Program-made: the position numbers and the translations under genes | The notes under the pieces: model-generated | Seen by the model: only the letters and a program-made list of their open reading frames with translations | Database searches by the model: none | Told to the model about the DNA's origin: nothing | Shown here: positions 8,224-17,318 of the stretch, one piece after another | How positions within the stretch are numbered: position 1 is the first letter of the stretch | Layout: every line of letters starts with the position of its first letter | Virus record (IMG/VR): IMGVR_UViG_3300008954_002609 | Location: 1 to 64,000 of that record | Source: a virus | Reading direction: 5' to 3' (one strand) | Length of the DNA stretch: 64,000 nucleotides

Positions 8224-9303
8224 TTATTTTTTAATTCCAGCCAAACGCTGAAGCCGCTCAGAAAGGGGGTCTGCTTGTTTTTGTTCCCTATTTCTTTGCG
8301 AGTTTATTAGTAGAGAAGGTCGGCTTACTGCTTCGCTAAGTGATTTTGGCATAGATCGTTTTTCTGTGCTGCCCACTGTGCTCTGAAGTGTTTCATATAT
8401 AACCTTCGCTTCCTTGGTTGTACTGGCCTTAGAAATTGCTTCGACAATTTTTCTCTTTTGTCGCTCATTCAGGGAGGAATTTTCAAGTGCCTTATTGATG
8501 TATAAAAGCTTCGCATTGGAAACATTTACACTTTCAATCTTTTCTTTCAGTTCTATTAGGACTTCTTTTAGCTGGTCATTTTCTTCGACAAGCTTCAAAG
8601 CCTCTTCTTTTGAATTTTTAATATTTTTAAGTGACTCGCTGAGTTCTTCCACTCTTGCACGTAGAGACTCATTCTCTTCACGAACCTCGTCGTCGTTCTC
8701 GCGGGCGAGTGCTTGATCCTCTAAATCTTCCATCTGGGACTCGGGAGTACCTGCCCACCCACTAGATTGGGGATCAATGTCAACTTTTAATCTTTCCAAT
8801 ATTTCCTCGACAAGAGCATCATCTATGCCCAGGTCGACGTCTTCCGCTAGGGTGCTGCCTGCTTCTGGTGCTGCATCTACTGCTTGCTCTATTTCTGGGG
8901 ATGTTGCCAACTCTTCATGAGTCTCAGAAGCCTCGGGCTCTACTCCCTCTTCTTCTTCATACTTCTCCATTTGCTGAAGAAGCCCCTCCAGGTCTATTGT
9001 GACGGTACCGCTATCATCTGCCGGTGCATCTGCGCCAGGGATATCTTCCTCCAGTGCAGTTGGTACTTGATTTAGTGCCGGATCGGATGTTGGATCTGCA
9101 GTTGCTTCGTCGGAAGAAGGAGTCGCAAATGGATCCTCCTCGGATTCGAGCCCAAACTCGTCCTCCTGTTCCAGAAGAGTGTCTACTGCTTCTTTTATTT
9201 GATCTGAATACTTTTCAATAATCATCGCTTCAGCGTTCTTTATTGCCGACTCTTTTAGAGCCTTTGCGTCGATTATAGCTTGTTCTAACATAGATGTTGA
9301 CAT
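8224..9303 (-). CDS. Prohead core scaffolding protein (gp22-like)
   Basis: Acidic coiled coil directly upstream of the capsid gene, with many L/I-x-E sites. Ends in 'RLQRLAGIKK'. Confidence 0.75.
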   Translation of the reverse strand: MSTSMLEQAIIDAKALKESAIKNAEAMIIEKYSDQIKEAVDTLLEQEDEFGLESEEDPFATPSSDEATADPTSDPALNQVPTALEEDIPGADAPADDSGTVTIDLEGLLQQMEKYEEEEGVEPEASETHEELATSPEIEQAVDAAPEAGSTLAEDVDLGIDDALVEEILERLKVDIDPQSSGWAGTPESQMEDLEDQALARENDDEVREENESLRARVEELSESLKNIKNSKEEALKLVEENDQLKEVLIELKEKIESVNVSNAKLLYINKALENSSLNERQKRKIVEAISKASTTKEAKVIYETLQSTVGSTEKRSMPKSLSEAVSRPSLLINSQRNREQKQADPLSERLQRLAGIKK

Positions 9304-9337
9304 ATACTAACCCCTTAAATGGAAATTTATCTCAAAG

Positions 9338-9345
9338 TAATTAGT
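9338..9345 (-). promoter_or_regulatory. Putative late promoter ACTAATTA (scaffold-capsid operon)
   Basis: Intergenic, about 35 nt upstream of the scaffold ATG. Confidence 0.6.
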
Positions 9346-9375
9346 TACAGATTTTTCTAAATGACAGGAAATTAT

Positions 9376-9558
9376 TTACTCCGCTTTCGTGCGTATTCTT
9401 ATGGTAGGTACGCCCCTGAAGCCTAGAATAAACGGGGGCGGTTGCAAGACTTCTTTTGTGTCTTCTCCTTGCTTTGTAGCAATCGGAGTATATTGGCGCT
9501 TGACATCATTTGTTTTTATTATGTAGTCCGCCGATTTCTTTATATTTGACCTAGCCAT
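9376..9558 (-). CDS. Hypothetical 60-aa protein (start revised to MARSNIKK)
   Basis: TAAGGAG SD precedes the ATG at 9558. The longer start in the track overlaps the upstream gene. Confidence 0.65.
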   Translation of the reverse strand: MARSNIKKSADYIIKTNDVKRQYTPIATKQGEDTKEVLQPPPFILGFRGVPTIRIRTKAE

Positions 9559-9569
9559 GACAACACTCC

Positions 9570-10013
9570 TTAAAAAGTCGAACAAGCAGCAACAACTGTT
9601 GGAGCGCGGTTTTCGGCACCCCAAGCGCCGGCGTCTCTCACAAAAGCAACTCTATCAACGCCATTAATATCAACCTGAAAAGTCTTTGACGTACTTGCTG
9701 TCAAGCTGTCGCAGTCCAGAGTCTCTTTGTAAGCCCAAACGCCTGCGGCGTGCATGTACCACCAAACTTCCACATCTCGACCAGGTGTTCCATTGGCGGT
9801 GGCAGAAACCGTTACAAATAAGTATCTTTGATTTTGTGTTGCGTACCCGGTAGTGCCATCTCTAGCTCCGGCACCCGTTGAAATATTCGTAGTAACGGGG
9901 AGTGCATCGTGAGCTAAAACCGTCACTGCAGTTCCATTAGCGCCCGCTAAATTCTTGGGACCTCTTGTTCTGCCCCAACTTGTATGCTTGTAAACTGTGC
10001 TGTCATGTGCCAT
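9570..10013 (-). CDS. Hypothetical protein, probably virion-associated
   Basis: AAGGAG SD, head-module location, beta-rich composition. Confidence 0.7.
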   Translation of the reverse strand: MAHDSTVYKHTSWGRTRGPKNLAGANGTAVTVLAHDALPVTTNISTGAGARDGTTGYATQNQRYLFVTVSATANGTPGRDVEVWWYMHAAGVWAYKETLDCDSLTASTSKTFQVDINGVDRVAFVRDAGAWGAENRAPTVVAACSTF

Positions 10014-10024
10014 CTTGGGTCTCC

Positions 10025-10258
10025 TTAATCTTTAAATTTGGCATTGTGCTTCTCTGTTATTTCACGGGTTATTTTTAATTTCCTTTCCCGCTTTCTTTTT
10101 CTCTTAACCGAAGGCTTTTCAAAAAACCTCCTTTTCTTAATTACGTCCAGTACTCCGTTTTTCTTGACTTTTCTACAGAACTTCTTAATTAGCCTTTCGT
10201 TCTCTTCTTTTCCCCTAGTTTGTGACCAGACTTCTACATTTACTGACTTTTTAGACAT
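10025..10258 (-). CDS. rpsU: Phage-encoded 30S ribosomal protein bS21
   Basis: 'ERLIKKFCRKVKKNGVLDVIKKRRFFEKPSVKRKRK' fits the bS21 signature (E.ALRRFKR.....G......RE.YEKP...RKR). 77 aa, basic. Confidence 0.9.
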   Translation of the reverse strand: MSKKSVNVEVWSQTRGKEENERLIKKFCRKVKKNGVLDVIKKRRFFEKPSVKRKRKRERKLKITREITEKHNAKFKD

Positions 10259-10272
10259 TTATAAACTCTCTT

Positions 10273-10683
10273 TCATATTAGTTTAGACCAGTTGGTACCG
10301 GCTATATCCATAATTCCGTCTATGTTCACTCCAGCATCGTCTGGGGCATACGATGCTAGCGGATTTGACGGAGTTGAATCTTGACCGGGCGTACCACCCC
10401 TAGTTAAGGGTTCTGTGTTTTCGAAAAGATTAACTCCGTTATAAGCGTCCTTCGAAATAGCTTCAAACAATTTCTTCTTCGTTTCTTCTGTTCTGGTTTT
10501 TGATCGACGAGGGGCTTTCGTCGAGGGTGCTGACTTCTTTTCCACCAGTGGTTCCGCTGTTGCGGTAAGCCCGGTAGCCACCTCTGCAATTATGCCAGAA
10601 AGAACGCCCTCTTCAAAGATCACTTCTTTTATACATTGTTTGATCAGCGGTTTTAGTACCTTTTTTAAATCTTCGTTTTTCAT
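10273..10683 (-). CDS. Hypothetical head-module protein
   Basis: N-terminal 'LKPLIKQCIKEVIFEE' helix. Directly follows the prohead protease. Confidence 0.75.
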   Translation of the reverse strand: MKNEDLKKVLKPLIKQCIKEVIFEEGVLSGIIAEVATGLTATAEPLVEKKSAPSTKAPRRSKTRTEETKKKLFEAISKDAYNGVNLFENTEPLTRGGTPGQDSTPSNPLASYAPDDAGVNIDGIMDIAGTNWSKLI

Positions 10684-10686
10684 AAT

Positions 10687-11283
10687 TTACTCTTTAATGA
10701 TGTCGTTTAAAATTCTGTTAAGTTTATCTGCTTTCGTGAAAATATTTGACCGCTGCTTTGCCTCGGTCATCATAAAAGCGCCTGGAGTGGATGGATCGGA
10801 AACCATATCGAAACAAATCAATTGAAAATCGTCTTCCACTATCGTGCGTCCGTTTTCTTCCCTTATTGACCCCATTCCTCTGGAGGATATCCCCAGCTTG
10901 ACTCCTGCGTTAACGAGTTCCTTCAAGACTTTTCCTGATGGAGTGTTGAGAACTTCAATTTTTCCCATAACCTTATCGCCGTCGGCCCAGACTTCCGTCA
11001 CTAGGTGCGAGGCATTTGCCAAATTAATTACTGAAGTGTCAGGGTGATCTAGCTCTCCTAGAGCCCTTCTCTCTTCCACCAATTTCTTGTAGTTCTTTAC
11101 TTCTCTCATAAGAACATTGCTGGGGTACACCCTGCCATTACCGTTCTGGACGTTTGCGCACTGCATAACCCCCGTAAGATAAATGGCTCCCTCTTCCCTG
11201 ATTCGACGCTTTTCGTCTTCAGTTAGGAGGTCTTGGCATATACCACCTTCACATAATTCATAATATTCTCTTAAAAGCTTCAT
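10687..11283 (-). CDS. Prohead core protease (T4 gp21-like)
   Basis: 'NGNGRVYP', 'ALGELDHP', 'LNTPSGK', 'LGISSRGMGS' and 'DMVSDPSTPGA'. Confidence 0.95.
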   Translation of the reverse strand: MKLLREYYELCEGGICQDLLTEDEKRRIREEGAIYLTGVMQCANVQNGNGRVYPSNVLMREVKNYKKLVEERRALGELDHPDTSVINLANASHLVTEVWADGDKVMGKIEVLNTPSGKVLKELVNAGVKLGISSRGMGSIREENGRTIVEDDFQLICFDMVSDPSTPGAFMMTEAKQRSNIFTKADKLNRILNDIIKE

Positions 11284-11381
11284 AATTCTCCTAGTGCGGG
11301 GACCACCCGCATCATACTTGATCCTTTACAACAGTTAGCCACTGGGCGTATATACCATCTAATGGTAGCAAAAGGTGTCAT
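11280..11381 (-). CDS. 33-aa micro-ORF MTPFATIRWYIRPVANCCKGSSMMRVVPALGEL (below the track cutoff)
   Basis: AGGAG-6 nt-ATG. Its TGA overlaps the protease ATG (ATGA). It fills the intergenic gap exactly. Confidence 0.6.
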   Translation of the reverse strand: MTPFATIRWYIRPVANCCKGSSMMRVVPALGEL

Positions 11382-11383
11382 GT

Positions 11384-11734
11384 TTATCTCCTAACTCTCA
11401 CAACATTACTTCTGTTGCGAGTCATTGAAACTGCTAAACCCTTGTGAGACACCCTGATGCCGTCATCTCCGAAAAGCATGTTCAAGACATAGCTAGTACC
11501 AGAGCTGACGCATCCCAAGAGCACCCCTGTCACAAGAGAATAGTCAAAACTAAATAGTGTTGTCTCTCCGTTTAGAACCCATAAAAGAATACCCACCCAA
11601 AAGCCTGTGCACATTGGACAAGATAAGAGTTCTCCGATCCAACCTGTGGAGGGGCGGATTTTCTCAAATATTTTTCCGTATACTAAAATTTGTGTCAGAC
11701 CGTAGGCAGATAAAGCAAAATACAATAAGCTCAC
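11384..11734 (-). CDS. DUF1360-like membrane protein with CxxC
   Basis: 'GELLSCPMCTGFWVG' plus about 3 hydrophobic segments. Confidence 0.7.
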   Translation of the reverse strand: MSLLYFALSAYGLTQILVYGKIFEKIRPSTGWIGELLSCPMCTGFWVGILLWVLNGETTLFSFDYSLVTGVLLGCVSSGTSYVLNMLFGDDGIRVSHKGLAVSMTRNRSNVVRVRR

Positions 11735-12339
11735 TTTTCCTCGCTTTCTCTTAGGACCGAGTACATGTATTGGTACCCATACGGTCTGGTTCTGTGATCC
11801 ATCGAACCCTTTCTGTCAGAGTGTGGAACCTCGCCTAACTCTGTACTATCTTCTTCGTCTGGATCAAGCATGTGGGTCATCAGATCGTGATCCAAGTGTT
11901 TTCTAGCCATTATATCTGGCTTCTCTTCTTCTAAAAAAAGACTCGTCACGAAAATTGCACTCTGAACAGAGTCCACACCTTCGAGTACGGAATCATATAT
12001 CTTTGCTTCCATGGATGAAAAAACATTGCCCCCCTGGATGGTTGACGGGTCAATTACTCCCTTTTTTCTCATGAATTTATAGAATCGATCTTGAGCTGGG
12101 TATATTTCTCTTTCCATTAGCTTTTTTGGAAAGGTCGTTACCTTCTTCCTAGAGGGTGATATAACTATATCGACAAGGTCGTGGTCCATTATCATTATAT
12201 CACCGTTGAGGGCTCGACGAGCTACTAGTTCAACTGTGACCGGGTCGGGCTCTTCAGCTATAATCTTTATTTTTATATTCCCAGACGGAAGCGTCTCCGA
12301 TACACCTTCTGAGGGTGTTATGTTTATCTTAACTGTCAT
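11731..12339 (-). CDS. Hypothetical protein
   Basis: 202-aa ORF overlapping both neighbours in the operon. Confidence 0.75.
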   Translation of the reverse strand: MTVKINITPSEGVSETLPSGNIKIKIIAEEPDPVTVELVARRALNGDIMIMDHDLVDIVISPSRKKVTTFPKKLMEREIYPAQDRFYKFMRKKGVIDPSTIQGGNVFSSMEAKIYDSVLEGVDSVQSAIFVTSLFLEEEKPDIMARKHLDHDLMTHMLDPDEEDSTELGEVPHSDRKGSMDHRTRPYGYQYMYSVLRESEEK

Positions 12340-13156
12340 TTTCTTCCAACTCTTCGACTAGGCTTTGGATTTTCAAAACCTCCTCTATCATCCCAAGGTC
12401 GATTTCCTTGTTCTTATAACTCTCTAGAAGCTCAAGGACCTTTTCTGTCTTCTTTTTCATGCTATTGTCCTTAGATATTAGAGGGTGAGCAGTAGCTGTG
12501 GATATCTTTTCTTTTAGTGCTCCGATTTCTTCATTCATTGCGACCTTGAGTTCTAATCCTCCGTCCACAAAAGAAGTTACATACCTGGTTAAAAGATTCT
12601 TTTGGCTTTCATTTAATTGATTTTTATACTTTTCGTTGAATCTCTTCACAAATGACTTGTATATTAAATTATCGATAGGACTCTTATCTTCTGGCTTCTT
12701 CTCTTCTCTTGATAATGACTCTACCAGCTTCTGCTCCAACAGCACTCTCTGCTTCACATCGGCAGAATCGCTAAAGATGGAGTATATACTTGCAAGATTT
12801 TTGTAATTCGGGACAAAATTCGTATACACAGAGGTGCCAAGAGATCTATTGATGACTTTGATGAGATTACTCTGTTCTCTAAATATGTTTTTCTTATCCA
12901 ATCTAGAGTATGCGATCTTTGCCTCCATCATAACCCTCTCAGCTAGATCCCTATCCAATCCGGACGTTTCATATAGAGACTTGTAAATTCCCAACTCTTC
13001 CTTGAGAACAGAATCTTTTGAAAAATGATCTTTGATTATTACTTTAATCTTATTCATTTTATTTTTGTCATTCTTGACGGCACTCTTCGTTAACTCTCTA
13101 ACAAGTGCCTCGTAAACAAACGCTGTATTTCTCTTTTTATTATGTTTTAGTCTCAT
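12329..13156 (-). CDS. Hypothetical helical head-module protein (start revised to MRLKHNKKRNT)
   Basis: GAGG-containing SD before the ATG at 13156. Adjacent to the portal gene. Confidence 0.75.
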   Translation of the reverse strand: MRLKHNKKRNTAFVYEALVRELTKSAVKNDKNKMNKIKVIIKDHFSKDSVLKEELGIYKSLYETSGLDRDLAERVMMEAKIAYSRLDKKNIFREQSNLIKVINRSLGTSVYTNFVPNYKNLASIYSIFSDSADVKQRVLLEQKLVESLSREEKKPEDKSPIDNLIYKSFVKRFNEKYKNQLNESQKNLLTRYVTSFVDGGLELKVAMNEEIGALKEKISTATAHPLISKDNSMKKKTEKVLELLESYKNKEIDLGMIEEVLKIQSLVEELEENDS

Positions 13157-15113
13157 TATTTTTCCTCTTCTCAAGATTTTCAATCAATCTCTTTATGTCA
13201 GAATTTATCTCTGTAATCAACTGTTCTTCCTTATCATAATTAGAGCCCTCGTTCTCATAAATGCCCTTTGATATCGATTGCATACCTGCAAGATCGTCAA
13301 AACCATAGCCTTTAAAGATATTTCTACTTGTGGATGAAGCTGTTTCCCTGGAATATTTGGAGTTTAAGGATCTCTTTCTCGCTCCGCTTTGCCTCTTGTC
13401 TCTCTTGACTGGGGTATATTCCTTCTTTCTATCTGCCCTGGTGCGTCCCCTAGATCCTACAACATCATCATCTCTTTTGCCTGGTGCAGCTAATAGAACG
13501 TCGTCTTCGCCCGTGTCTGCTTCGCCGGTATCGCCGCCGAGGTCTTCTTCATCCCCTCCGATGTCTGGCGTGCCTAGATCTCCCTCTCCTCCAAGCTCCT
13601 CTTCCCCAAAGCCTCCTGCGTCGGCGGGCATCAATTCTGCCTGCTCTGCTTCTCCGGCGACCTCAAGGGCTGCGTCAAGCTTCCTATCATAGAACATTTC
13701 TCTCTGGTTTCTCAAGAACTCCTGCTCGGACATATTAAACAACCTTGTCGCTATCCAACGCTTACTGAAGAATCCCTCAGTTGCTGCTGATGCTGTGTCG
13801 AACTTCACCTTCCAGTGCTCCAGTTCTTGCAATTCAGCTATCTTTGAAGGATTTGATAATTTTAATTTAAACGAGGTAAGATCCTCTCCGCGAAAACCCA
13901 AGACATAAAGGTGAACAACACCAATTTTCTCCAGCTCTGTAATTACGGACCTCTGAAGTCTTTGTATTGTCCTGGCAAATCTGATATCTTTTTGTGCCAG
14001 CGTCGTCTTGTCTTCCTCTGCGCCCTCAATCTGAGAAAGATACGAAGGCGGGATCTTCAACGCTGAAAATAATTTGTCTCTAAGATACTTTACGTCATCA
14101 ATGTCGCCAGTGTAAGTACCCCCTGGCAGATTCTCCACCTTGGAAGATACCTCTCCTCGGACTGGGATGAAATAATCTTCGTCTATTGACATCGGATTAT
14201 ATCGAAGGTCGACGCGGCCGGTTGAAGGATCAACCACCTGGTTTCTCTTCATTTGTGTCATGACCTTTTGCATGTACTGTTCAACATCCTGTGGAGGAAT
14301 TGCGCCGACGTCAATATAAAACACTCTGCGCTCTGGCGAACGAACAATCCTGTATGCCATCATAGCATCTTCCAAAAGGGTTAACTGTCTCCAGATTCTT
14401 CTTGCCGGTTCTAAGGCGGACGTACCGTAGGGCGCATATTTGTCATTGCCTAGAATCCTAAAGTGAGCCATTTGCCAATTTTCAAAGGTCATTCCTGCAG
14501 AGTTCCACTGAAATTGGACGTAGTCTGGATTTGTTTTGTCTTCACCTTCCAGTCTTTCCACTTCCTGGGTGGGTAAGCCTATAACACTTTTCACTCCGAT
14601 GATCTCGTCTAAGTCCATGTAAAGGAAAAAGTCGCCGTACTTACACATTGTTCGACACCAGCCGAACAGATTGAATTCTAAATTCAATACTTTATAGTAA
14701 AGCGAATCCAAAATATTCTTTATCTCGTCGTTTTGACAATCTATTGTCAGTAGTGGTTGTAAGTTGCTGGATGTTGTCATCTCATCTGCATAGATGTCCA
14801 AGGCTGAAGCTATTTCCGGCGTGTATTCCATCTGGTCGAAGTCCACATACCTTTCGAGCCTATTCTGGTTCTGCATCGCAGAAGCCATAAGGTTATCAAA
14901 TGGATTGTATTCAATCTTTTTAAATTGCTGACCACTGGCAGATCTAAATCTTCGCGCATACTTGTCCAGTTGTCTTCTTCTTAGCCTTCTGGCTGTCTGG
15001 GTTCTATGCGTAACAATCGGTCCTGAAAGGAGCTTTGTTAACTTTTTGAAAAGCGTGTGCTCTTGATTTACCGGGTTCTTATTGTTTTTATTTCTATTTC
15101 TATTTCTTGCCAT
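13140..15113 (-). CDS. Portal protein (T4 gp20-like)
   Basis: 'LLEDAMMAYRIVRSPERRVFYIDVG', 'EDYFIPVRG', 'LPGG' and 'DDVKYLRDKLFSALKIP'. Confidence 0.96.
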   Translation of the reverse strand: MARNRNRNKNNKNPVNQEHTLFKKLTKLLSGPIVTHRTQTARRLRRRQLDKYARRFRSASGQQFKKIEYNPFDNLMASAMQNQNRLERYVDFDQMEYTPEIASALDIYADEMTTSSNLQPLLTIDCQNDEIKNILDSLYYKVLNLEFNLFGWCRTMCKYGDFFLYMDLDEIIGVKSVIGLPTQEVERLEGEDKTNPDYVQFQWNSAGMTFENWQMAHFRILGNDKYAPYGTSALEPARRIWRQLTLLEDAMMAYRIVRSPERRVFYIDVGAIPPQDVEQYMQKVMTQMKRNQVVDPSTGRVDLRYNPMSIDEDYFIPVRGEVSSKVENLPGGTYTGDIDDVKYLRDKLFSALKIPPSYLSQIEGAEEDKTTLAQKDIRFARTIQRLQRSVITELEKIGVVHLYVLGFRGEDLTSFKLKLSNPSKIAELQELEHWKVKFDTASAATEGFFSKRWIATRLFNMSEQEFLRNQREMFYDRKLDAALEVAGEAEQAELMPADAGGFGEEELGGEGDLGTPDIGGDEEDLGGDTGEADTGEDDVLLAAPGKRDDDVVGSRGRTRADRKKEYTPVKRDKRQSGARKRSLNSKYSRETASSTSRNIFKGYGFDDLAGMQSISKGIYENEGSNYDKEEQLITEINSDIKRLIENLEKRKNNETKT

Positions 15114-15118
15114 GTGTT

Positions 15119-16705
15119 TTATCCCTTAAACAGCCACGGGAACTGCTCATGTTGACTCTTCGTCTTCTGTATTTTATCAAAAATACTCTTGTTTTTATAG
15201 GTATTTTGACCAGGTATGGTGGTATCCAGTCTATTATTCGTGACAATCATAGAATCCAAACACGCCCTCTTATATTCTGTATTTCTCTGGTTTTCTACCA
15301 ATGCTGTGTCCCTTATCCAGCAGCCTATCGCGCAAGCCATAACGAGGTCATCGTTATAACTCCTCATTGCTTCTGGTTTTCCGTTATTCCACACAAAAGT
15401 CTTCATCTCGTTCAAGAGTCGTGTGGAATATACTTTAATTAGTTTATTTCTTATGAATTCCTCCATCTTAGCGATAACTAATGGTCTAGTTTTGGAAGAA
15501 GTTGTAAATCCGGCAATCGCATTTGATAAATTTTCTGCTCTAATCTGGTCGATGTACTCATGAGTTGATTTTATTGAGTGATAAACGTTTGGATATCCTT
15601 TTTCTCGGAGCTTTTCAAGAACAGCATACCCGACAGAATTATTTTCAACAACTACCATACAGTTTCCGTACTCTCTCCCTGAATTATATAGTATGTCGGA
15701 AAATACATCTGGCGTTACTTTTCCTTGATATTCCGCTATGACCTCCATTGTCGATAGTTTTATCGTATGAAAGACTGAATAGTCTCTCCCGTCGCCTCTC
15801 GCAACATCAGCAGATATTAGGTAATCCTCGCCGGGGGCGAACTCTTCCCATATCCAATAATTTCTGTCAAAACCTGTTCTGTATTTTGGCTCTCTAATTA
15901 AATTTTCTATCCAAGCGATATCATCTCCGTGGAAAACAGTCTCGCCCGACATATTAAAATTGCACTCAAGTTCTTGTGCGATTTCTCTCCTGGACATATT
16001 TTTTGTTTCTTTTTCGAACCAATCCTTGTCTCTGTCGGGGTGACGGTCCCAGGGTAGAACAGTTGCATAAAAATCATTTAGCCTTTGGTCTGCTTCGATG
16101 TACGTCTTGTGAAACCAATTACCCACACCGTTTGGAGTGGATAGGGCGATACAGCGTCCACCAGTTGACAAAGTAGGGTACAAGCCCATCCACAAGTCGT
16201 CTAGTCCGTCGACGTGGGCTGCCTCATCAATAACAAGAAGAGAAAGAGCTTCTGAACGGCCGGCGTCCCCACTGGTGGATGACGCTTTTATCTGAGACCC
16301 GTTCGTAAGTTCGAACGAAGTCCTATTGTCAACACTGACCGTTGCTATTGTTAAGAAATCTGGCACGTTCTTCAGTATGTTCTTAACTTTTTTTACTAGG
16401 TTTGACGCTGTTCCAAACTTCGTCGCGATTACCAGGACATTCTTTTCTCTGTGGAACAACATCAACCACACAACATAGGCTGCAGTGATAGTGGAGATGC
16501 CCAACTGTCTAGCTTTTAAAATAACGTTAAATCGGTGATCCAGATAGTCTTTGACTAAGTCTTCCTGAAAGTCGTAAAGCTTAAAGGGGATTAGTCCCTT
16601 TTGTGGGTGAGTTATTTTTGCATAATTATTTATAAAGTAGTTCGGATCCTTGCCGCAACGGACAATTTCTTTCATTACTTCCTTCTTGGTTAATTTGAAG
16701 GTCAT
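15119..16705 (-). CDS. terL: Terminase large subunit (T4 gp17-like)
   Basis: 'LYDFQ', Walker A 'KARQLGIST', Walker B 'LLVIDEAAH', 'STPNG', and nuclease motifs 'ADVARGDGRDYS' and 'DDLVMA'. Confidence 0.97.
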   Translation of the reverse strand: MTFKLTKKEVMKEIVRCGKDPNYFINNYAKITHPQKGLIPFKLYDFQEDLVKDYLDHRFNVILKARQLGISTITAAYVVWLMLFHREKNVLVIATKFGTASNLVKKVKNILKNVPDFLTIATVSVDNRTSFELTNGSQIKASSTSGDAGRSEALSLLVIDEAAHVDGLDDLWMGLYPTLSTGGRCIALSTPNGVGNWFHKTYIEADQRLNDFYATVLPWDRHPDRDKDWFEKETKNMSRREIAQELECNFNMSGETVFHGDDIAWIENLIREPKYRTGFDRNYWIWEEFAPGEDYLISADVARGDGRDYSVFHTIKLSTMEVIAEYQGKVTPDVFSDILYNSGREYGNCMVVVENNSVGYAVLEKLREKGYPNVYHSIKSTHEYIDQIRAENLSNAIAGFTTSSKTRPLVIAKMEEFIRNKLIKVYSTRLLNEMKTFVWNNGKPEAMRSYNDDLVMACAIGCWIRDTALVENQRNTEYKRACLDSMIVTNNRLDTTIPGQNTYKNKSIFDKIQKTKSQHEQFPWLFKG

Positions 16706-16709
16706 AGAC

Positions 16710-17285
16710 TTACTTTAGATTCGAGTTTCTTTGTCCAGCTTCCAGATTAAATGGATCAAAATGCTTATAATTATCTGACTTTGATTTGTTACTACCAGCC
16801 TTACCTAGATCTAAAAACTTCTTAAAGGTGTCGTCTAACCTGTCCTTGCTCTCTTCCGCGTTAGTATCGGAGTCGCCGGACAACTTATAAACTTTGTTGG
16901 CAGTAACCGTAGTTCTTATTCTGGATATGTTTTGCGCTAAGACCTCAATCTCTCCTTCTTCTGACAAAGAAAGAGTATTTCCTGTTAGTTTTTTAAACTC
17001 CTTTTTAAGAAATTTGACAACATCATTGACCATCGACTCGATATCAGATTCAAAGTCTTTGTTGTGAATGTCTTTGAGCTTGCAATCACACTGGTAAGAT
17101 ACTATCAACCTATCTCCGTTAAAACGGACGGAAAAACCATCCATTACCCTAGAGTCCACCAATGGGTTTCCTTCTTCCCTCTTCAGTCCTGTCTTTACTG
17201 GTTCACCTTCAGAATCCAATGCTCCGTCGTGAGAGTTAGCCAGCACTTGTGAAATGCCATTAATTATTTCAAGTGTAGTCGCCAT
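16710..17285 (-). CDS. Hypothetical protein upstream of the terminase
   Basis: 191-aa ORF with GAGG SD and ACTATTTA upstream. Confidence 0.75.
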   Translation of the reverse strand: MATTLEIINGISQVLANSHDGALDSEGEPVKTGLKREEGNPLVDSRVMDGFSVRFNGDRLIVSYQCDCKLKDIHNKDFESDIESMVNDVVKFLKKEFKKLTGNTLSLSEEGEIEVLAQNISRIRTTVTANKVYKLSGDSDTNAEESKDRLDDTFKKFLDLGKAGSNKSKSDNYKHFDPFNLEAGQRNSNLK

Positions 17286-17306
17286 TTAAAAAACCTCGCT
17301 TTATAT

Positions 17307-17314
17307 TAAATAGT
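17307..17314 (-). promoter_or_regulatory. Putative late promoter ACTATTTA (packaging/head operon)
   Basis: Intergenic copy of the recurrent motif. Confidence 0.6.
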
Positions 17315-17318
17315 AGTT

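Noticed and set aside
15436-15443. ACTAATTA copy inside terL
   Set aside because: Intragenic, about 320 nt from the portal start, and plausible by chance in AT-rich coding sequence. Not counted as a promoter.
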